A stretch of 64,000 nt of DNA from Octopus sinensis (lineage: Eukaryota). Made by a program: the position numbers and the translations under genes. The stretch spans positions 192,572,001-192,636,000 of the forward strand of contig NC_042998.1 in NCBI RefSeq assembly GCF_006345805.1. Reading direction: 5' to 3'. Below the pieces are notes generated by a model. It saw only the letters and a list, made by a program, of their open reading frames with translations. It was not told the origin of the DNA and ran no database searches. Below, piece by piece: positions 11,600 through 24,530 of this stretch; the stretch's first letter is position 1; each line of letters begins with the position of its first letter.

Positions 11600-11774
11600 A
11601 TCTATATATCCTTCTATCTATCTCTGTCTATCTATATCTATATATCTTTCTATCTATCTCTATCTATATATCTTTCTATCTATCTATGTCTGTTTATCTC
11701 TGTCTATCTATCTATCTCTGCCTGTCTATCTATCTATTTCTGTCTATCTATGTCTGTTTATCTATCTCTGCCTG

Positions 11775-11826
<52 letters not shown>

Positions 11827-11917
11827 CTCTCTCTCTATCTTTCTTCTCTCTCTCTCTATCTTTCTATCTATCTATCCTTCTTCTCTCTCTCTATCTTTCT
11901 TCTCTCTCTATCTCTCA
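11393..11917. repeat. Compound (ATCT)n/(CT)n microsatellite
   Basis: Direct reading; accounts for the I/Y/L/S-rich ORFs at 11349-12019. Confidence 0.95.
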
Positions 11918-12138
11918 CTCATAACAAAACTGCAGAGTAGACAAGTAAATAAACGACAAAAAAAGAAATATTCGATGACGATCATTAATATTGTTAGCTG
12001 TCAGGCTGCTGTCTTTTGATAAATCAAAATCCAGTTCAGATGTGAAGTTGGGACACACTAAACATTAGTTTTTGTCATCTTGTTATTTATTTGGAGAGTC
12101 TCTCAACAGCCATTCATTCTACATCACACTATATTCTG

Positions 12139-12185
<47 letters not shown>

Positions 12186-12489
12186 GTGTTTGTATATATT
12201 TGTGTGTGTGTGTATGTAATGTAATGTATGTGTGTGTTTTCTTTGATATGCAAACAGTTTTATTTACCTTAATATTAACTATATTTCTTAGCAGTCTGAA
12301 ATCGGTAAATAATTGAACTTATATTTTTGCTTGTCTTCTGAAATCGATAAGATGTTGACATGGAAGTGTCTTTGAACAAACCAGAATCAAATATTAAACA
12401 TGGGGGGGGGGGGGGGTTTAATATTTCAGACGGCCACAGGTTCCCACCTTTGATTTTGAGCAGGCATAGACAAGAGTTTTCGGGAATCG

Positions 12490-13271
12490 GGCGGGCCCTT
12501 GGTAGAAACGTTAGCACGCCGGGCGAAATGCGTAGCCATATTTCGTCTGCCGTTACGTTCTGAGTTCAAATTCCGCCGAGGTCGACTTTGCCTTTCATCC
12601 TTTCGGGGTCGATTAAATAAGTACCAGTTACGCCCTGGAGTCAATATAATCGTTTAATCCGTTTGTCTGTCCTTGTTTGTCCTCTCTGTGTTTAGCCCCT
12701 TGTGGGTAGTAAAGAAATAGGCATTTCGTCTGCACCTATGTTCTGAGTTCAAATTCCGCCGAGGTCGACTTTCCTTTTCGTCCTTTCGGGGGTCGATTAA
12801 ATAAGTACCAGTTACGCACTGGGGTCGATATAATCGACTTAATCCGTTTGTCTGTCCTTGTTTGTCCCCTCTGTGTTTAGCCCCTTGTAGGTAGTAAAGA
12901 AATAGGTATTTCGTCTGCACCTATGTTCTGAGTTCAAATTCCGCCGAGGTCGACTTTCCCTTTCATCCTTTCGGGGTCGATTAAATAAGTACCAGTTACG
13001 CACTGGGGTCGATATAATCGTTTAATCCATTTGTCTGTCCTTGTTTGTCCTCTCTGTGTTTAGCCACTTGTAGGTAGTAAAGAAATAAGCATTTCGTCTG
13101 CACCTATGTTCTGAGTTCAAATTCCGCCGAGGTCGACTTTCCCTTTCATCCTTTCGGGGTCGATTAAATAAGTACCAGTTACGCACTGAGGTCGATATAA
13201 TCGTTTAATCCGTTTGTCTGTCCTTGTTTGTCCTCTCTGTGTTTAGCCCCTTGTGGGTAGTAAAGAAATAG
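12490..13271 (+). mobile_element. SINE family B, tRNA-like head plus four tandem body units
   Basis: Head GTAGAAACGTTAGCACGCCGGG; TTTCGTCTGC recurs at 12541, 12724, 12909 and 13092 (period 183-185); each unit has B-box GAGTTCAAATTCC. Confidence 0.9.
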
Positions 13272-14185
13272 ATATGGTTCATCATCAGGCGGGCTGCACT
13301 ACTAAAATAAAAATTTAACTCTTCGTTTAGGTGTGCCATTCAGAAAGTTCCGCGGGCCGCAGGTTGCCCACGACTTAGAGCATTTCCAAATATCTTTTAG
13401 TATGCGCGCACCATGGAATTGTGGATTTTGTTTTGGAAAGAACTATATGGTAAACAAATACGTCATATAAAATATCTTTCAAATCAGAACAAAGTTAACG
13501 TGATTGAATCTTATTGCTGATCGAATTTTACTGTATCCAGATATTTGGCATTGCAAATGGTTATCTGGTTTGTAAGGTGTTTATTTCCTCTCTGAAAAGT
13601 TGACTTAACTGGTAGAGTTTATCGATTTCTGTTAAACAAGGTCAATTTTCATAGATTAGTGTTTATGGATGGGAGTGAAGTTAGGGTATGTACAATATAT
13701 TAAATCGATTGGGGTCGCGGTTTATGGCTGTTATCGACCCTACAGAGATATTAATATAGAAAGTAGAAGTTTGAAACTAAAATCTGGACGAAAATTTGTC
13801 TTGTATCGTCCAATTTCTGTTACAATTTATTAAAGGTGTATGGTTTAATACATTATATTCAAACAAACGTATTGTTGCAGCAGAAGTCGAGTCTTTTTTT
13901 TTTTCCTACGCATATTTAGATAGCAATTTGATAACTAATTATAAGCATTTTCTTGCTCGTACATTCATCGTCGTGAGATGGGTTTAAATTTAAACACTGA
14001 CAATCAGAGCTGATCTTTTTGGCACTTTGCACATAAATGATTTCGTTGTCTTTCGATGAAGCTATTTTTTTTTAGGTGGCACCTGAGTCGGTCTCCATGT
14101 ACAATAGTTTTGGCAGATGTGAGAGCTTTTTATGTCGTCAAGCTTTAGCAAAACAAAGCTACCTGTTAACGTGAAAGCGTTATTC

Positions 14186-14357
14186 ACTCACATACATACA
14201 TAAATACACTTACATACATACATGCACACATACATACATACATGCATACATACATACACTTACATACATACATACATAATACATACATGCATACATACAT
14301 ACATAATACATACATAATATATGCATGCATACATACACACACACACACACACATACA
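14186..14357. repeat. (TACA)n/(CA)n microsatellite
   Basis: Direct reading. Confidence 0.95.
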
Positions 14358-14812
14358 TGTGTCTGTGTAGGAGAGAGAGAGTCGGTGAAATAATAATTCA
14401 TGTATTACTTTGTACGTTGTACTTGGTAAAAAAATTATTGCAAAAACTTTACCGTAAACAAATAATATTAGTGTTAGGTAAAAATCCATGCTAGAAATAA
14501 AATCTAGGTGCAAAGTAAAGACTCCTGTTAGACAATGGTGTTTGGGTAGGTATTTGATGAACACTCATTCTGAACCAGTTATAGGCAAACTGCAGCCCAT
14601 GAGTCTTCTGAGTCTTCAAATATTGCCTTTTTAATGTGCCTTTTTATTGCCTTTTTAAATGTGTTTATTCTTCAAATATTGCCTTCACATTTCAGTTTAA
14701 CTGAAATTTTTATTTTGATACAAAAGCTTTTCCTTTTACACTATTCTATATATACATGCCACCAGTCAGTTATATCGGTATGTGAGGGAACAAATTAAAT
14801 ATAACAATGACT

Positions 14813-15194
14813 GGATCTTTTCCTTTTGAACGGCAGATTTCAACACAATTTCTAGTTAACTAAACACTTTAAAACTTCGTATACTGGTAGAATGTGTTTA
14901 TAAAACATCATTTTCTCTTGGTTTTATTAAGAAAATTCTATAGTTTGTAAGATATTTCGTCTGAAAATCCGAGCATTTCGGCAATTTTAACCAATCGATT
15001 ACCTCCATTTAGGTAAACAACATTTGCTGCATCTAAAACTGAGACAACATCCTGTAACTAACCCTCACTCTCCCCCTAACCCTCAATAAAACCAAGAGAA
15101 AATGATGTTTTATAAACACATTCTACCAGTATAGTTAACTAGTTTAGTGAACTAGAAATTGTATTGACATCTGCCGTTCAAAAGGAAAAGATCC
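14813..15194. mobile_element. GGATC MITE, deletion derivative of the 7096 subfamily
   Basis: TIR GGATCTTTTCCTTTTGAACGGCAG; perfect TSD CAATGACT. Confidence 0.9.
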
Positions 15195-15301
15195 CAATGA
15201 CTTATATTATTATTATCTGAAAAACCTCTCCTGATATATTTTCTTTTGATTTAAAAGCTCAAAAATGTATAATACATTTTCTTGTATTTTTTTTTTTTAC
15301 A

Positions 15302-15678
15302 TTACTGTGCCAAGAGCACCATCCGAGCGTGATCGTTGCCAGAGCAGCCAACTTGCTTCTGTGCTGGTGGCACATACAAGGGCACCATTCAAGCGTGATC
15401 GTTACCAACGTCGCCTTACTGGCACCTGTGCCGGTGGCATGTGTAAAAAGATTCAAGTGAGGTCATTGCTAGTACTGCCTGACTGGCCCCTGTGCCGGTG
15501 GCACAAAAAAGCACTCACTACACTCTCGGAGTGGTTGGCGTTAGGAAGGGCATCCAGCTGTAGAAACTCTGCCAGATCAAGATTGGAGCCTGGTGTGACT
15601 ATCTGGTTCGCCAACTCTCAGTCAAAATCGTCTAACCCATGCTAGCATGGAAAGCGGATGTTAAGCGATGATGATGAT
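15302..15678 (+). mobile_element. Family C (ATG)n-tailed retroposon
   Basis: Conserved 3' block, internal modules, (ATG)n tail. Confidence 0.85.
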
Positions 15679-15936
15679 TACTGTATTATAAAATGGAAAT
15701 ATGACATTGAAAAAGCATCTCTGTTAGATCATTCACTTTGGACAGTTTTCTAATTAATGACATTCATCACCAAGTTATTTCCTCTTCTTGTTCCTTCTCT
15801 AGTGTTTGGTATTTGAAGTATAGATTAGTTGTGTCTTAAATCATTTTCTCTGATGGGATATAGACTGAAGGATTTTTCAGCCTAGTGACCAAACCTTGTA
15901 TTTTTGTTGTTTATCATCATCACCAGCAACAGCAGT

Positions 15937-16255
15937 GGAGGTGCAATGGCCCAATAGTTAGGGCAGCGGACTTGCAGTCGGAGGATCGTGGTTTCAATTC
16001 CCTGACCGGGCGTTGTGTATGTTTATTGAGCGAAAACACTTAAAGCTCCACAAGGCTCCGGCAGGGGGTGTTGGCGACCCCTGTTGTACTCTTTCGCTCC
16101 AACTTTCTCTCACTCTTTCTTCCTGTTTCTTGTCCCCGACTTCCTACGCAACCGCTGAGCCTTGATGCGCATTCATCCATCCGTCGATGCTCTCGGTGTC
16201 GGGGGTTGACCTGCTTTCTCTTCTGCGGGTCTTACGAATAGCAAAGGACCACGTT
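15937..16255 (+). mobile_element. tRNA-headed SINE family E
   Basis: A box TGGCCCAATAG, B-box-like GGTTTCAATTCC; head and body shared with 36341-36645, tail differs. Confidence 0.75.
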
Positions 16256-17973
16256 CCAGACTTCTCCCATCTTGTGATCTCTGGGACGAAGACCATTCAC
16301 TCAACAGCAACAGCATTTTACTTTCACTTTCATGTTGTACTGATTTGAGTCAGTCTTTATTTGGAGTCACTGCCTTCCTAGACAGGTCAGGTACCATGTC
16401 TCCCTGTTACATTCCATTTTTGCTGTGCTTTCTCTGGCTTGATGTTCTTCCTAACACCTACATCACAAAGTGTACTGGGCATATTTTATTGTGGAATGAG
16501 CTCTAAGAAGGTTGTCTTGTTGAAGACATGACTAAGGAGCCCTTTTGCATCCTACATGGTCTCCTGTGCATTTGACAACTACTCCGCAGAATATATTGGT
16601 TTGTATTTTTCAACAATGAGCACCATCTCTTGGATTCTACATTCAAAAGTCCATGCTATTGAATAAATCAAAAGGGGGTTTTATCTTTCACTTGTGTGCC
16701 TATCAATTAAATCGAAATACAATTATCTTTCCTGATTCATGTTACTGAAAATAAGTGGTTGTTGTCAGATCCCAGGGAACTCCTCCTTAAAATAACCAGT
16801 GTATATAAATGACTGTATGAAATATACGGGAATAAGATGCTGTAAGGAAATTAAACAAAGGTGATAAATGTGGAATTTGGAGAGAAGTGGGGTGAACGAC
16901 CTCTTTTTAATGTGAAATATTGACCTGCATCGAAGGCAGAATTAGATGTGACCTATGGAAGCAGTTCAGCATTAAAGGCATCATTACTAATGTGTGCAGG
17001 TGAGATGATTATACTTTGATCTGTTTGATGACGAGTGTTAGTCGTGAGGATGTGTGGTGTTTGAGGATGTATGAGAAGTGAAGGTTAAAGAAGACATAGC
17101 AAGCGGTGCCGAGGTCAGATCTCAGGTTGAGATGACAAAATATTGAAATGAATGGTCGTGTTACAGTAATGCAGAATTAGCCAGTTCATGAGTGCTTAAA
17201 AATAAACAGATGTTGAAATTACATCAATGATGATGATGATGATCATGGAATCAATCAAAGAAATTGTCTTCAAGCGATTCCAGCATTTTATATTACATTC
17301 ATGTAAAATGAAACCATATCTCTCAATTAGAAACTGATATTATGATAGATAGTTCGAATAACCTGAATTTTGCCAAGATATCTTCTTACATCTTAAAAAT
17401 GGAAAGCAGCTATTCTTAGTGCAGGAGGTAACATTTGGTTTTAACTATTAATATAGGATTTTGTGGATATAAAATTTCTCTCCGTCTTTGCTTTTTTTAC
17501 ACTGGTAGACCTCCATCTGTTTATAATAGATTTCCTGTTACTTTAGTATTTGACACAAGGCAATTACTCTAGTTTCTGACAAGACTGGAATTTGTGTATT
17601 GATTATCTCTTCCTGATCTTAAAACTGTTTAAAAGTGTAAAGATTAGTTATTGAAAATAATTGGGAAGATTAATTACTTTTTTCAAAATCATCATCTTGT
17701 GATACTTCAAGTGTGAAGTGGCACTAAAATATAATGGCTGAAGGAGATTAAGTCATGCACTGAATACATTTTACTTTAAAACTAATTGATATCATTAATT
17801 TTGTTCACAATCTTTGCTAATGTTTCTGTGAAAAATATAATCATAAAGTTCTTGTATTTAATTCTGTTTTAAATGGTACTTTCTTCAGTATCTGGTGAAA
17901 TGGAATGTAATAAACCTGTGCATAGTCACTTGAGCATCGGATAAAATACCTTGTAGTAGTTGTTTTAACTTCT

Positions 17974-18168
17974 CTGTGCCGGTGGCACGTAAAAAGCACC
18001 CACTACACTCACAGAGTGGTTGGCGTTAGGAAGGGCATCCAGCTGCAGAAACACTGCCAGATCAGACTGGGGCCTGGTGCAGCCTTCTGGCTTCCCAGAC
18101 CCCAGTTGAACTGTCCAACCCTTGCTAGCATGGAAAGCAGATGCTAAACGATGATGATGATGATGATG
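17974..18168 (+). mobile_element. Family C retroposon, 5'-truncated
   Basis: Conserved 3' block and (ATG)n tail. Confidence 0.85.
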
Positions 18169-18365
18169 TGCTCTGAATTTAGATCCTACCAAAGTCAACT
18201 TTGCTTTTCCTCTGCTCATGGTTGATGAATAAATTACACATTCAGTAACCAGAATCTCTCTCTCCCTCCCTCTCTCTCTTTGTCTCTATTTCTCTCTTTC
18301 TCTTTCTCACACTCTCACTCTTTCTGTGGCTGGACCTGGACAAGATTGGGTTCCATCAAGTTTAA

Positions 18366-18587
18366 CCCTTTAGCATTTAAAGTGGCCATATCCGGCCAAA
18401 AGTATTCTACCTGTTTTACGGTCAAACTGGCCAGATCTGGTCTCATACACCAACCCTACAATATCGTTTTAAAAATTAACAGCTACCTCATCAAAATCTC
18501 ATAGCTACGAGATAATGCATGATTAGTTCAAAACAATGCGGATAAAAAAAGCATTAATTTTGGCAGAATAATGCAAACACTAAAGAG
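18366..18587. mobile_element. piggyBac-like MITE (family 2)
   Basis: TTAA|CCCTTTAG...CTAAAGAG|TTAA; reverse-oriented sister at 47945-48163. Confidence 0.8.
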
Positions 18588-19278
18588 TTAAAGGACTAGG
18601 ACACACCATGGGTCGCAACAGCACTCCTACAAATCTCTGCAGAGTGGAGAGAACAAGAAAAGAAAGATAATGATTACAGTTATTGTAGCTTTATTTCTTA
18701 CAAAGATAAAAGTTTAAAAAAGTTATTTTATCAAATCTGTTTTATTCGATTTAATGAAGTTATAACGATAAAAATAACGGATTGTTTTGTATGTGTTTTT
18801 CATTTTATTTTTACCTGTTTTTCTAAGTCTATAATAGAGCTTAAAAACATTTTTCATAATTGTCTTACTGTGTAAGTTTTACTACCTCGTTATAACAACA
18901 TCACACAAGTTTGCATTTTTATCTAGCTTTCCTCTGGGAAAACAGAATTTTGGCATGTAAATCTTTTAGGTTGTCTGCCAAACTTGCTGACTGATAAGAA
19001 CTTGCTGAAGACAATGCCTTTAGGCTTTTGCAATGTAAAGAATAAAATGTCACTGGTGCATTTCTTTTTTTGTGCATAGCAAGAAACTGTTAAACTCATT
19101 TCTCAGCTGACAATCTTCTAATTATTGCTTGTTGAGTTGAAAGTAATTCTTGGGTTGTCCCCGAAACTGTTGGAGACAGCTCAAAGTTAGCTAACGATGG
19201 TCTTTTATATTGATCTCACTTAGAAAGTGGTTTATTTATTATTTATTTATTTTATTTTATTTTATTTTATCTTATCTA

Positions 19279-19830
19279 GTTTCAACTCACGAGCTGTGAC
19301 CATGCTGGGGCACTGCCATTTGGTGTTGCTACATGATTTTACTTCACGAATGTTTTTTAGCAATTGCCATTTGGTGCATGAGAGAGTTCGATGCAGCTGC
19401 CCTCATCTGCACCACCTGCCATGAAGTTGGTTCATCTGGGACACCTGACAGGAAGAGATCCAGTTTTATTTTAAAGACATCTGCATCCACCCCATGCAGG
19501 TCTCTCAGGTCCTTCAGGAAGATATTGAAGAGCTGTGGGCCTCTGAAGCCCAGGCTATCACAGTATCTTGTCCTACATCTTGATGGCAAATTTGGAGTCC
19601 TTGGCACTATGCAGTGGCGCCCAGTTCTGGCATTTGTGTAACTCTCGATGCCAAAGTTTGGGACAAGTCCTTCTAGGATCTTCCAGATGTATATTAACTT
19701 TTTTTTTTTTGTTGTCTTTTTTCATCTATTCCAACCTGTAACAGCTAATCTTGTTGAAACCTTCTCAGCCTCCTTCTTGTACTCATTTCCACCTGGCAAT
19801 TAGGTGAACTGCCATTTCTGCTGGAATCAG
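19279..19830 (-). mobile_element. CR1/L2-group LINE 3' fragment
   Basis: IYIWKILEGLVPNFG..DSLGFRGPQLFNI..FKIKLDLFLSGVPDEPT..RAAASNSL resembles an RT C-terminus; 3' tail GGCAGTGCCCCAGCATGG..GAAAC then A-rich repeats. Confidence 0.8.
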
Positions 19831-20080
19831 ACACTAGCTTCATGTGTTATCCAATTAGAATTAGGAATATCTACGATATATATTTGTTGTTGATTGATAT
19901 GTATGTAACAAATGTTCTCCTTCTATGGATAATTCAACAATTCACGTTCTTAGAAATACAGCCTCTATCAACAGGTGTAGGTTGAAAATAAAGAACTGAA
20001 ATATTGTGAAAAATTGTTAACTTGCTGTGGTTGGTCTAAATATTGGGAAGTGGTAATATTCATGCTCTCTCTCTCTCTCT

Positions 20081-20484
20081 TTTTACTCTTTTACTTGTTT
20101 CAGTCATTTGACTGTGGCCATGCTGGAGCACCGCCTTTAATCGAGCAACTCGACCCTGGACTTATTCTCTTGTAAGCCTAGTACTTATTCTATCGGTCTC
20201 TTTTGCTGAACCGCTAAGTAACGGGGGACATAAACACACCAGCATCGGCTGTCAAGCAATGCTAGGGGGACAAACACAGACACACAAACACACACACGCA
20301 TATATATATACACATATATGCGACGGGCTTCTTTCAGTTTCCGTCTACCAAATCCACTCACAAGGCTTTGGTCGGCCCGAGGCTATAGCAGAAGACACTT
20401 GCCCAAGGTGCCACGCAGTGGGACTGAACCCGGAACCATGTGGTTGGTAAACAAGCTACTTACCACACAGCCACTCCTGCACCT
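20081..20484 (-). mobile_element. SINE family A, full length
   Basis: Complete head, (AT)n linker and tail. Confidence 0.9.
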
Positions 20485-20863
20485 ATGCGTATATGCTATA
20501 TACATATAGCATATACGCATATCCTGCGTATATGCTATATACATATTTCTCTCATCTTCATTTCATATATTTCAAATCTACTATGAACAGTAATCCAATC
20601 TTGTGTTATTTGTATTTTGTTAAATGCTGAACTGACAAAATGAATTTGTCTTCCAAGACCTGTTCCTACAATTTTTACTGAGATGTTTCAAATCAATTTA
20701 CAATTTCTAAAGAATATTGTATATTTCATTCAGCCTATTACTCTTATTAATGGTAATATCAGGGTTGCCATTCATCAAATAATAAAACCCCAAATTATTT
20801 TTTCTGCAAAAAACCCAGATCCTATTATATAAACCCAGATGTTAGAAAATAGGCAAATAATTA

Positions 20864-20930
20864 GTCTTGTCTTGAGACAGCATTCACCGGGGGTGGGTTG
20901 AGCTGGCTTCATTCATCCTCAATGCTGAAT
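20864..20930 (-). mobile_element. Very short RTE 3'-end insertion (same family as the 48489-49924 array)
   Basis: Reverse complement reads CAGCATTGAGGATGAATGAAGCCAGCTCAACCCACCCC..GGTGAATGCTGTCTCAAGACAAGAC. Confidence 0.85.
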
Positions 20931-20976
20931 GAAGCTAGCTCATTCCTCATGTACATATCAAACATTCCTCATATAC

Positions 20977-21390
20977 AGGCGCAGGAGTGACTGTGTGGTA
21001 AGTAGTTTACTTACCAACCACATGGTTCCGGGTTCAGTCCCACTGTGTGGCACCTTGGGCAAGTGTCTTCTGCTATAGCCTCGGGCCGACCGATGCCTTG
21101 TGAGTGGATTTGGTAGACGGAAACTGAAAGAAGCCTGTCGTATATATGTATATATATATATATGTATGTGTGTGTATATGTTTGTGTGTCTGTGTTTGTC
21201 CCCCTAGCATTGCTTGACAACCGATGCTGGTGTGTTTACGTCCCTGTCACTTAGCGGTTCGGCAAAAGAGACCGATAGAATAAGTACTGGGCTTACAAAG
21301 AACAAGTCCCGGGGTCAATTTGCTCGACTAAAGGTGGTGCTCCAGCATGGCCGCAGTCAAATGACTGAAACAAGTAAAAGAGTAAAGAGT
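20977..21390 (+). mobile_element. SINE family A nested in hAT element
   Basis: Complete head, body and tail. Confidence 0.9.
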
Positions 21391-21473
21391 ATATAATTAG
21401 TAATTTAATGATAAAATATGTTATATGACAAAATGAATACAGAATTTAATACTTACTTTATATCATATGGCAG

Positions 21474-22650
21474 CTAATTGTCCATTTCGTACATATCTAC
21501 ATCATCTTCATTCACTCCTTCAATGGTGATACAATCATTTTCTTCCTTTCTGAATTTCAATCTATTCATATATCTACAATGACAAGACCCATCCACTACA
21601 TCTTGAATAAGTTTAGCATTTGGCTCCCAAGGAATGCATGATGCTGCCTTTCTTGTAATTGCTTGTTTTACATTAAGATGATTGGTAATCATTTCAGTCT
21701 TCAACCTATTAGTGAACTTAGTCTTTGTGCAATTTACTTGGGAAAATATGCACTCCATGCACACTGACGAATGTGGTAACACCGTTAAATTAGTCATGAA
21801 TTGTGAGAGCCTCTCAAATTCAGAGTGGTCAAGCCTGTCTTTAAGATTGCATATGGAATACCAGAATTCATGGATGCTTTTTGAGGAAACAGGAATATCT
21901 TTGTATTGCAAAATAATCTCCATTCATCGTCTAATTCATCAAGTGTGTTTTCTGGTGCAATTACTGGAAAGTTTGATGCCAAGGGAATTATCAACCGAGG
22001 AGAGTTAGTGAGATCACGTGCTACTTTTGGATCAAGTATTTGAGAGCATAATTCTATTAAAAAGTTTTTGCAATTGGTTTTGAGTCTAGCTGAGTCCCCA
22101 ATGATGGGGGTTTCTTGAGAATTTCCAAGATTTCATTTCATCCATAATATGCAATTCCGTCTTGCATAATGTATGTTAATTTTGTTTCTTCATTTGTAGA
22201 TTTTTAGCCATTTCACTTTCCATTTGTAGATTTTTAGCTATTTCACTATCGGGAAAGGCCTCTTTACAAATTTCAGCTAAGTGATTTATTTGGATGAAAG
22301 GTACGTGATGTTCAGTAACATAACCTGTTAGTAGCAAGTCTACCTTTGCTACTTTTTCATTTAATCTATCATCTATTTTTTTTTAACAATAAATGAATCT
22401 AATTTAATAGCCTATTTTGCACAATCAAAAGCTTTCTTGTGTTTGGCAATGTTTTTATGAGCCAACAACATTGATTTGTTAACATTTTTCAACACAACAT
22501 TGCAACAAATGCAGTCGCAGGTATCAGTATTTTTATCATCTTGCTGTAACCCATCTTTTTAGCTCAGCATCCTCTAATCACGACTTCTTGAAATTTTGGG
22601 TGTACCACTTCCACTTCCTCTTTTGGATACACTATTGTCTTCCATTACTT
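21474..22650 (-). pseudogene. hAT transposase remnant
   Basis: N-terminal CxxC..H..H zinc-finger-like segment, EHHVPF..HLAEICKEAFPDSEIAK, and C-terminal LPHSSVCMECIFSQVN dimerisation motif; stops and frameshifts; the catalytic core appears to be missing. Confidence 0.85.
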
Positions 22651-23223
22651 CGAAAAAGGGTTACAAAGACCAAAACACTCCCTCAAAATGTTGTTAGACA
22701 AATTTTAAATCACGAGTAACAATCGAAGTGTACACCATCAACATAGTCAAGCTGTCATCTGGTGGTGTCAGAGTTTCAGACAAGTGTACAAGCGGCCACC
22801 AACGCATTGTAACTTGTAGTTGTCCGGTATGATACAAGTATAAACAAATAATGAATGCGTACGATCAGTAATTACGCCACTTACAATATCTGTATCGATA
22901 AATTCATTACGTGAAATGATTATGGATGATGTATAGAAAGTTTACAAAGTGTTAGAAGAGGTGCAACTTTGGTACATATTGCATACAAAGAAAGAGTATG
23001 ACACCAAATTCTCTTTAAAAGATAAATTTGCAGCCAAAACTAACTTAAAAACCCAGATTTAATGCAAATTTGGAAATTAAAAGCCATATACCCATCATTG
23101 CTCCAAAAACCCAGATCTGGGTGGAAAAACCCATCAGTGGCATCCCTGGGTAATACGGTAAAATATTAATGTTAGTATGGTAAAAGATTTATATAATTTT
23201 ATTAATATAAGTTCTAAATTCAG

Positions 23224-23444
23224 CTGGCAGAAGCGTTAGCACGCTGGGCGAAATGCATAGCCGTATTTCGTCTGCTGGTACGTTCTGAGTTCAAATTCCG
23301 CCATAGTTGACTTTGCTTTTCATCCTTTCGGGGTCAATAAATTAAGTACCAGTTACACACTGGAGTCGATGTAATGGACTTAATCTGTTTGTCTGTCCTT
23401 GTTTGTCCCCTTTGTGTTTAGCCCCTTGTGGGTAATAAAGAAAC
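23224..23444 (+). mobile_element. SINE family B monomer
   Basis: Head plus one body unit; 19-bp TSD ATATAAGTTCTAAATTCAG. Confidence 0.9.
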
Positions 23445-23819
23445 ATATAAGTTCTAAATTCAGTCATGTTTTTAATAACAAATAACTTAGATCCCATTTC
23501 ACTGTTTCTCAAATATACTTTTAATAAGATTTTATAATTTTCTAACTTTCTGTGTCTGGAGGAAGGAACAGGCCCGTGACTCTTGAATGCTCTTTGTGAC
23601 TTGTAAGATTGATCCTACAAATGTTGCATTTAGACTGTTGTAAGTCTGAGTCCCAGTACATGTCTTTTATCGTTTATCTTCTACTTGTTTCAGTCATTTG
23701 ACTGTGGCCATGCTGGAGCACCACCTTGAATTTTAGTCAAATGAATTGACACCAGTACATTTTTGACACCTGCAGCAAAACATAAACAGAAGAATAATCT
23801 TCTGAAGAAAAAGGATTAG

Positions 23820-24530
23820 GCATTGTGGTTAATTTAGAGAAAGGGTGGTTGGGCACGCCAAGTGAGTCAAGAGGTGGGAGTAAGTTGTGATGGGGAGGAG
23901 GGCTGCTTCAGTGGTGGGATTACAAGACCACCAAGCAGGAGTCATTAACCCTTTCGTTACCAACCCAGCTGAAACTGGCTCTGGCTATGTAGTACAAATG
24001 TCTTGTTTTCATAAGTTTTGAATTAAAATCTTCCACCAAACCTTAGTCACAATTTATGTTCCTATCACTAGCTGAATGATAATTAAATTATCTTACTAAA
24101 TTCTTTGTCATATTTAAAGTTATTGAAAGAAACACAGAGCTTCTCAAAATAAATACAGTAATGAAAGGGTTAAAGTAGTAATAGACAGAGAGAGGATACA
24201 GCACACTTATGGAGCTAAGGCAGGAGTGTATCTGTTAGTGATGAAATGCAAATCAACCAAGTGGCCCTTCTCTGGATGTGATCTGAGGTATTAGTGTGAT
24301 TAGCAGCAGTACCATCCCAAATGTGGGTGCAGTACTTCATTGTAGGCTTCACTTCATTGGCATAAACTGTCAGCAGTTGTTGGTGGGGTAAGTATCTTTT
24401 GGCCTTAATGAGAAAAGCAACTCAATCGAATGTGTCCTAGTTATGCTAAAGATGGGATCTCACCAGGAGAGGTCCTTGGTGACAGTGGGGCCCGGCATCT
24501 GGTGTGATTGTGAAGACTTGAAATGAATGT
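23820..24530 (-). mobile_element. Decayed CR1-like LINE RT fragment
   Basis: Minus-strand LLTVYANEVKPTMKYCTHIWDG..DHIQRRA resembles CR1 Y..RP.MEYC..W..IQ.RA; boundaries approximate. Confidence 0.55.
23949..24169. mobile_element. piggyBac-like MITE (family 1)
   Basis: TTAA|CCCTTTCGTTAC...GTAATGAAAGGG|TTAA. Confidence 0.85.

Larger units (their letters stand above)
20760..23148 (-). mobile_element. hAT DNA transposon, internally deleted
   Basis: TIR CAGGG(T/A)TGCCA; 8-bp TSD GGTAATA(T/C); subterminal AAAACCCAGAT repeats at both ends; transposase remnants inside. Confidence 0.9.

Noticed and set aside
11349-12019. Long ORFs of 130-245 aa (also 36823-37536, 40863-41630, 44404-44928, 45161-45898)
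   Set aside because: They are translations of microsatellites or minisatellites that lack stop codons.
13345-13372. CCGCGGGCCGCAGGTTGCCCA, and a similar fragment near 14575-14600, as ends of a hAT MITE
   Set aside because: Too short and degenerate; no matching TIR pair or TSD.
17889-17935. YLVKW chromodomain-like peptide after an acceptor-like site
   Set aside because: Only five residues match, and the frame stops nine codons later.
20259-20509. Recurrent ORFs such as MLGGQTQTHKH.. and MSSNARGTNTD..
   Set aside because: They are incidental frames of SINE family A repeated in many copies.
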